NCBI GenBank assembly: GCA_021789595.1
Contig: JAJYJJ010000013.1
Coordinates: 238 to 64,237 of the forward strand
DNA: 64,000 nt
Direction of reading: 5' to 3'
Source of the DNA: Nitrospirota bacterium
Lineage (GTDB): Bacteria > Nitrospirota > Thermodesulfovibrionia > UBA6902 > JAJYJJ01
This document shows, piece after piece, positions 59,050-64,000 of this stretch. The notes under the pieces are model-generated. The model was not told where the DNA came from and searched no databases. It was given only the letters and a program-made list of their open reading frames with translations. Position 1 is the first letter of the stretch. Every line of letters starts with the position of its first letter. Both the position numbers and the translations under genes were made by a program.

Positions 59050-60080
59050 CTTGCCTCCTGGACAGCCATCCCATCCTGTAATTCGTAGTTGCCCAGCGAT
59101 ACAACCCTGTCATCTTTTTTAAACGGCCCTGCGATACCGACAAATCCGCTGCTTTCGATGCCGGTCTCTACATTGATACGGCAGGCGCGGCCATGTCTGA
59201 CCACAAATATATATGCCCCCTGTGCATCTCTCAGAACCGCCTGACGCGGCACAGCAAAACCCCTCTGATGATTCAGTATAATCACCCCCCGCACACGCAT
59301 TGCAGGTATCAAATGGACACCCTGTTTAGCGTTGAGACTCACTGCCACATCTACCAACTGTGTTTGTGGGTTAATCATACCGTGCACCTCCCTTACCACC
59401 CCTTCAATGCTTTGTTCGGTGTTAAATACAGGGGTTAGGAGCACCGCCATACCTGCTTTTACCTTATTAATATCCTCAGGCTCGATGCCCAACAGCACAC
59501 GCAATGTATCCAGTCGTGCCAATTGTAAGGCAGAGGTTCCAGCCTGGATGCGTTCCCCAGGAGCTACATTCAACGCACTTACGATTCCATCAAATGGCGT
59601 CTTAATTAATTCGTGTTTGATCCCTGTCCCAAGTTTATGCTGGGCAGCCAATGCAGCTTCAGCATCACTTAATGCCTTTTGCGCCCTGGCAAGTTGAGAT
59701 TGAGTTGCCAGTTGCTGTTCTACAAGACCCTGTACGCGTTTCAGTTCACTACGCGCAAAATTCACCTCAGATAAAGCCTGTGCATAGCTCACGCTGTTCA
59801 TAGGGCTGGTATCAAATTGCAGGATCGGCATACCCCTTTTTACCACCTGTCCCTGAGTGACCAGCAGTTGCATAACCTGTCCTGCACGCGGGAAATTAAT
59901 GTTTACCACGCCAACTGGATTGATGCTTACCATGCCATAGCCTGTCAGCGTTTCTACAAGGTCATGCTGGCTAAGGGGCTGCGTCTGCACCGGAGCGACA
60001 ATATCGCCAGCAACTGCCGTATAATTGAAAGCCAAAAGAAAGATTAGTGAAAGAGTGTTTAAGATTATACCCCTTTTCAA
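59046..60080 (-). CDS. cusB: RND efflux periplasmic adaptor (CusB-like MFP)
   Basis: Signal peptide and MFP coiled-coil/lipoyl/beta-barrel pattern; overlaps the pump gene start. Confidence 0.8.
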   Translation of the reverse strand: MKRGIILNTLSLIFLLAFNYTAVAGDIVAPVQTQPLSQHDLVETLTGYGMVSINPVGVVNINFPRAGQVMQLLVTQGQVVKRGMPILQFDTSPMNSVSYAQALSEVNFARSELKRVQGLVEQQLATQSQLARAQKALSDAEAALAAQHKLGTGIKHELIKTPFDGIVSALNVAPGERIQAGTSALQLARLDTLRVLLGIEPEDINKVKAGMAVLLTPVFNTEQSIEGVVREVHGMINPQTQLVDVAVSLNAKQGVHLIPAMRVRGVIILNHQRGFAVPRQAVLRDAQGAYIFVVRHGRACRINVETGIESSGFVGIAGPFKKDDRVVSLGNYELQDGMAVQEAR

Positions 60081-60081
60081 T

Positions 60082-61461
60082 TTAATCTCCTCCTGTTAAT
60101 TTAATCTCTGCTGTTGTAACCTGCATGGGCAGTTCGCTGCCGATTAGTGTCTGCAGGGCAACCCGCTCCTCAAGTATGGTCTGCTCAAGCGTAATTGCCT
60201 CCATGCGTTTATTCAGCAGGGCAGCGGACAGATTGGTATAAGTTGTGGCATCTATATTGCCTGCATCTAAAGCTTCCTCTGCATGTTTCACAGCGGCCTC
60301 CATCTCCGGCAAAGCGCTTTTAACCCTATTATATTGTCGGGTAACCAGCTTCAATTGTGCCATGAGACTATTAATCTGGCCGTATGCTGCATTCAGACGT
60401 GCATGGTATTCGTCATACAATCTTTTGCGAGTCGCTTTTTCCATTGCGATATTGCCCTGATTACGGTTAAAAATCGGCAGGTTTAATGCAATACCGAAGC
60501 CTGATGTATATATTCCGCTGGTGTCACGGGAGCGGGTGAGACCAATATTAAGCGCCGGGAATTGCGCAAGGATTGCCTGGCGGAAACGCTGTTCCTGGCT
60601 GGCATAACCTGCTTGCAATGCCAGTAAATCAGGGCGTCGCTGCGGTAACCCTGCTATATAGGTTTTAATCTTTTCCTGGTCAAGGCCAGGCAGATTAGCA
60701 TCTCCCACGAGCTTGAGGTTGACTTCAGGAGACAGACCCAGCAATGCGTTGAGGTCGTACCTGGTTTTACTGATTTGCCGCTCTAAATTGTTGATACGAG
60801 AGTTGGCGTTCTGCAATGCCGTCAGATCCGCACTTACTACATCCAGCGTCAAGTTGCCTTCCTGCAGCGCCTGCTGTGCACGGCGATACTGAGTGCCAAA
60901 AAGCTCCCGGTAGGACTGCAACTCGCTCATCAGCTTCTCCTGTGTAATGCTTTTCACGAACAACAATCGTGCCTGCTGAACAACCTGCCATTCCTGCCAC
61001 AGCACAGTTAAATCAACTTTAAGACCATTTGCGCGGGCGGCGTTAACAGCAGCGTTGCGGGTGATGAGCTTATTTATATCGTAGCTCAACCCAAGGTTGA
61101 ATGCATTCATGTATCCGGGACCGCCGTTGGTTGGATGGTCTATGCCGGCAGTTAGTTGAGGGTTGGGCAGAATCCCTACGGCCAAAAGCTGAGCCTCTGC
61201 TATGCCTTTCTCATCCCGTGCAACCCTCAATTCAGGATTATTTACTACAGCCAGTATCGCCACTTCTGTCATATCCAGGCCATCGTCCGGGTTAAATGGA
61301 TGGGCAGCCAATTCCGGTAAAGGCAGTCTTTTTGTATCAATAATTAAATGCGGCACCTCATGCAATAAGGTCGGCTGTGTATTGAGCGGCTTGGTTTGAT
61401 AGGAAGCGCAGCCTGACAATGCCGTGAGGAGCAGGAGTGAAAAAAGATGGCGTGGACGCAT
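60082..61461 (-). CDS. cusC: Outer-membrane efflux lipoprotein (TolC/CusC family)
   Basis: Lipobox LTALSGCAS, duplicated OEP repeat structure; 459 aa. Confidence 0.8.
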   Translation of the reverse strand: MRPRHLFSLLLLTALSGCASYQTKPLNTQPTLLHEVPHLIIDTKRLPLPELAAHPFNPDDGLDMTEVAILAVVNNPELRVARDEKGIAEAQLLAVGILPNPQLTAGIDHPTNGGPGYMNAFNLGLSYDINKLITRNAAVNAARANGLKVDLTVLWQEWQVVQQARLLFVKSITQEKLMSELQSYRELFGTQYRRAQQALQEGNLTLDVVSADLTALQNANSRINNLERQISKTRYDLNALLGLSPEVNLKLVGDANLPGLDQEKIKTYIAGLPQRRPDLLALQAGYASQEQRFRQAILAQFPALNIGLTRSRDTSGIYTSGFGIALNLPIFNRNQGNIAMEKATRKRLYDEYHARLNAAYGQINSLMAQLKLVTRQYNRVKSALPEMEAAVKHAEEALDAGNIDATTYTNLSAALLNKRMEAITLEQTILEERVALQTLIGSELPMQVTTAEIKLTGGD

Positions 61462-61464
61462 GAC

Positions 61465-61992
61465 TTAGTTTACCCTGTTTCCCCGCTTGATGGCGATAAA
61501 CATAAAGACGATTCCGATGAGGAGAGGCTCGCCAATAGCCACTGGAAGCACATTATTAGGGTTAAGCCTCAGTATCCTTTTTATATCAAGATGTGACATC
61601 TCACTGCTTACAGGGATATTGCTGTTTTTATCCACAACCGTTATGTAAACAACATAGCTTCCGGAGTCGATCAAGCGCATCGGCCATTTCCCTTCGTATG
61701 TCCCATGCGGTGGAATGGCATCTATTTTAATTGCCTTATTTGCGCTCCAGTCCTCGAGGTCCATGGGCGATTCTTTCCCCTGTGTAATATTCGCCAGCGA
61801 AATGTAGGCGATGATATTGTTGGCGGCTTTATCAGAGTTATTGGTTATTGTTCCCGTATATGTTATTTTGTCTCCCATATTTGCCTGAACAAATGGTGGA
61901 TTAATGGAGACTGCAATACGGTTTGCTGCATATGCATAATTCACCGTAATTGCCAGAATAACCGATGAAAGAGCTAATATTAATCTTTTCAT
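61465..61992 (-). CDS. Hypothetical secreted beta-rich protein with a C-terminal TM anchor and basic tail
   Basis: Signal peptide (…NYAYA/AN); C-terminus …AIGEPLLIGIVFMFIAIKRGNRVN loosely resembles a sorting signal. Start taken at MKRLIL…; the track's 62064 start overlaps the permease gene. Confidence 0.45.
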   Translation of the reverse strand: MKRLILALSSVILAITVNYAYAANRIAVSINPPFVQANMGDKITYTGTITNNSDKAANNIIAYISLANITQGKESPMDLEDWSANKAIKIDAIPPHGTYEGKWPMRLIDSGSYVVYITVVDKNSNIPVSSEMSHLDIKRILRLNPNNVLPVAIGEPLLIGIVFMFIAIKRGNRVN

Positions 61993-62000
61993 TTTGCACC

Positions 62001-62750
62001 TCACATTTCCAGTCTGGATACACTTCTTTTTAGAAACCACAGGGATAGGAGTGTGTATCCGCAAATAATAGCGACACGCCCTGCCTGATAGCTGAAGCCC
62101 TGACTGTCTATGACCACGCTGTCAAAGGTGTTGATGGCATCGGCAAAGGGGTTTATGAGATCAAGGACCCTGCCGAACCATGTCTTGCGCAATGCTGCTG
62201 AAAGAAAGATGGGCGATCCCGCCAGCAGAAATATAAAAAAGGAGATGATCAGGGAATTCTTCATGGACTTTATCCTCGCTGAAAGTCCCATGGAAAAGGC
62301 GGAAAAGATAATGGCAAGGAGCGTTCCGAGGATGGCGAGATAGGCGATTCCAATGAGGAGATTTTGCCCGCCCTTGCCCACGACAAATAGATAGGGCAGG
62401 GAAATAGCAAAGATAATCACCCAGTTGGCTATCGCTGCGCCAAGCTTTCCGGCTGCGATCTGAGTCTTTTTTACAGGACTCAGGAATAGTGCCTCAAGGG
62501 TGCCCCTTTCTATCTCTCCGGCAAAGGCATCTGATCCGAACACAAGCCCTATCAATATCCCGAGGGCAGTGATGAAATTCATGATCATGTAGAGCATCTG
62601 CCCCTGGTCAAGGAGGCTTAATTCGCTGTTGGTAAGAAACAGGTAGCTCAGGATACTCAGGATAATTGATGTGAGGATATACCATAAAAAACCCTTCGGG
62701 GTCAGGATGCTTTCCCTTATCTCCTTTTGCATGATATAAGCTGCCTTCAT
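62001..62750 (-). CDS. ABC-2 type transporter permease
   Basis: Six predicted TM helices and the ABC-2 family pattern; overlaps the upstream ATPase gene stop. Confidence 0.7.
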   Translation of the reverse strand: MKAAYIMQKEIRESILTPKGFLWYILTSIILSILSYLFLTNSELSLLDQGQMLYMIMNFITALGILIGLVFGSDAFAGEIERGTLEALFLSPVKKTQIAAGKLGAAIANWVIIFAISLPYLFVVGKGGQNLLIGIAYLAILGTLLAIIFSAFSMGLSARIKSMKNSLIISFFIFLLAGSPIFLSAALRKTWFGRVLDLINPFADAINTFDSVVIDSQGFSYQAGRVAIICGYTLLSLWFLKRSVSRLEM

Positions 62751-63460
62751 AGCATTCCCTCCTTTGTCGACAGAAAGAAGATATCCTCTATCGTTCCTTT
62801 CTTAACTTCGCCTGCCCTGACTATCTTCCCGTAATTGATGATGACTATCCTGTTGCAGAGCCTCTCAACATCATCCAGCAGGTGAGTGGAGAGAAAGATG
62901 GTTGTGCCCTGTTTGCGATTGAGGTCCATCAACAGGTCGTGGATATCCCTCCTGCCTTTTGGGTCAAGGCCGTTTGTGGGCTCATCAAGGAACAGGAGTT
63001 TTGGTTTGTTGATAAGCGCACGCGCAATGCCGAGCCTCTGTTTCATGCCGCGGGAATAACTGCGGATGAGGTGGCCTTCCTTTCCATGTAGTCCAACAGC
63101 CTCCAAAAGGCTATCAATTTCCTGCCTTGACATCTCCTCTCCATAGAGATTTGAGAAGAATTCGAGGTATTCCCGTGCCGTCATCCATTCATAATAGCCG
63201 TTGGATTCCGGAAGGGCATTGATAATCTCCTTTACCGCCATTGGCTCTTTAAAGACATCATGTCCGTTTATCACTACATTTCCTGAATCGGCTTTTATGA
63301 TGGCAGTTAAGATGCGGATGGTGGTGGTCTTCCCTGCCCCGTTCGGGCCGAGGAAGCCGAAGATGTCGCCTTCTTCCACGCTGAAATTCAGTCCGTCTAA
63401 AGCAGTATAGCCATCATACCTCTTTACCAGATTTTCAACTGTGATCATTTCAGCCTCCAT
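62747..63460 (-). CDS. ABC transporter ATP-binding protein (ABC-2 partner)
   Basis: Walker A GPNGAGKTT, signature YSRGMKQRLGIA, Walker B LLFLDEPTNGLD, H-loop. Confidence 0.85.
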   Translation of the reverse strand: MEAEMITVENLVKRYDGYTALDGLNFSVEEGDIFGFLGPNGAGKTTTIRILTAIIKADSGNVVINGHDVFKEPMAVKEIINALPESNGYYEWMTAREYLEFFSNLYGEEMSRQEIDSLLEAVGLHGKEGHLIRSYSRGMKQRLGIARALINKPKLLFLDEPTNGLDPKGRRDIHDLLMDLNRKQGTTIFLSTHLLDDVERLCNRIVIINYGKIVRAGEVKKGTIEDIFFLSTKEGML

Positions 63461-63497
63461 TTTGATGAGGGGCGGAGTTTACCGCCCCTCATTGTTA

Positions 63498-63905
63498 TTA
63501 CCTTTCACCTACTTCTTCGTGGCCATTGTCGGAGTCTTCTCCTTCATGGCCTTCGTTGTCGTTCCGGTCTGTGTCGATCTTCAGTATCTTCCCGTTTCCT
63601 GCATCAATCTTCACATCCGCTATCTGATGGTCGGCCTTTGCTATCTCAATGCCATAGACGAGATAGCCGTTCTCGTTTTCGAGTTCCGCCTTCAATACCT
63701 TTCCTGGAACGGCCTTCAGAGCTGCACTTACAGCGGAATCCAGCGAGACCTTTGCCATTCCTGCAAACCCTGCCTCATCCTCGCTCTTAACCTGGATGCT
63801 GCCAGTGTTTTTCGCCTGCTGCGCTGATACACCTCCGATGGCAATAAGGGCTACAAGAACAACACCGCTTATGACGGTCGTTATCATTCTTTTCATCTTT
63901 GTCAC
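63498..63905 (-). CDS. PepSY-domain secreted/anchored protein
   Basis: N-terminal TM/signal and two PepSY-like segments (…AALKAVPGKVLKAELENENGYLVYGIEI… / …KIDAGNGKILKID…) with an acidic His-rich tail. Confidence 0.55.
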   Translation of the reverse strand: MTKMKRMITTVISGVVLVALIAIGGVSAQQAKNTGSIQVKSEDEAGFAGMAKVSLDSAVSAALKAVPGKVLKAELENENGYLVYGIEIAKADHQIADVKIDAGNGKILKIDTDRNDNEGHEGEDSDNGHEEVGER

Positions 63906-64000
63906 CTCCTTTCATGGAAAATCCGTAAGCTCAATTTCCATTTAAGCTTACGATTGCATTATAAAGAGGGAAAGATTACAGGAAGATGAACGCAGAATCA

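Noticed and set aside
1-64000. CRISPR arrays, rRNA genes, transposase/integrase genes
   Set aside because: Looked for short direct repeats with regular spacers, rRNA-like conserved stretches and DDE/tyrosine-recombinase motifs in the ORF track; none found. The only tandem repeats are the 17-bp x3 unit at 18429-18480 and the hairpin modules at 36625-36716.

Overview
This 64-kb window looks like a bacterial chromosomal segment whose codon usage is AT-rich at third positions (AGG/AGA for Arg, ATA for Ile) and coding density is high. From start to end it carries:
- housekeeping genes: hemW-like radical SAM gene, mtgA, a UvrD/PcrA helicase, RidA, a trpE-trpG-trpD operon, hpt, relA/spoT, tatA, a TldD/PmbA-family gene and a stomatin-NfeD pair;
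- an APC-family permease with a structured leader, followed by genes for a Usp-domain protein and two RCK/TrkA-domain proteins;
- an oppD/oppF ATPase pair with no permease or binding-protein genes nearby;
- signal-transduction genes: a PilZ-REC fusion, a sigma54-type two-component pair upstream of a NicO-like metal transporter gene, and a REC-HD-GYP / CheY / hybrid kinase cluster;
- a compact type II secretion-like operon gspE-F-G-H-I-J-K-L-M-N with no secretin (gspD), gspC or prepilin peptidase, followed by four tRNA genes (Pro, Arg, His, Arg) interleaved with tatA;
- a large metal-efflux region with two HME-RND tripartite operons, two OmpR-type two-component systems and a PAP2 domain fused to a P-type ATPase.
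I rate highest the metal region, which appears to be a mosaic. Two blocks with proteobacterial-like codon usage (roughly 49.1-53.9 kb and 56.0-61.5 kb) flank a native-looking kinase/regulator pair. One block contains a decayed cusR-cusS locus in which the 5' end of a sensor-kinase gene is fused in-frame to the 3' end of an RND pump gene. Other non-coding features:
- three copies of a ~17-nt hairpin module in a divergent promoter region;
- a 17-bp tandem repeat (x3) at the 3' end of the NicO-like gene;
- a ~200-nt leader ending in an intrinsic terminator immediately before the permease start codon.
All calls rest on motif-level reading of the supplied translations and DNA; I ran no searches. 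The ORF track treats GTG/TTG as start codons, so true starts may differ, and hand-derived coordinates may be off by 1-2 nt.
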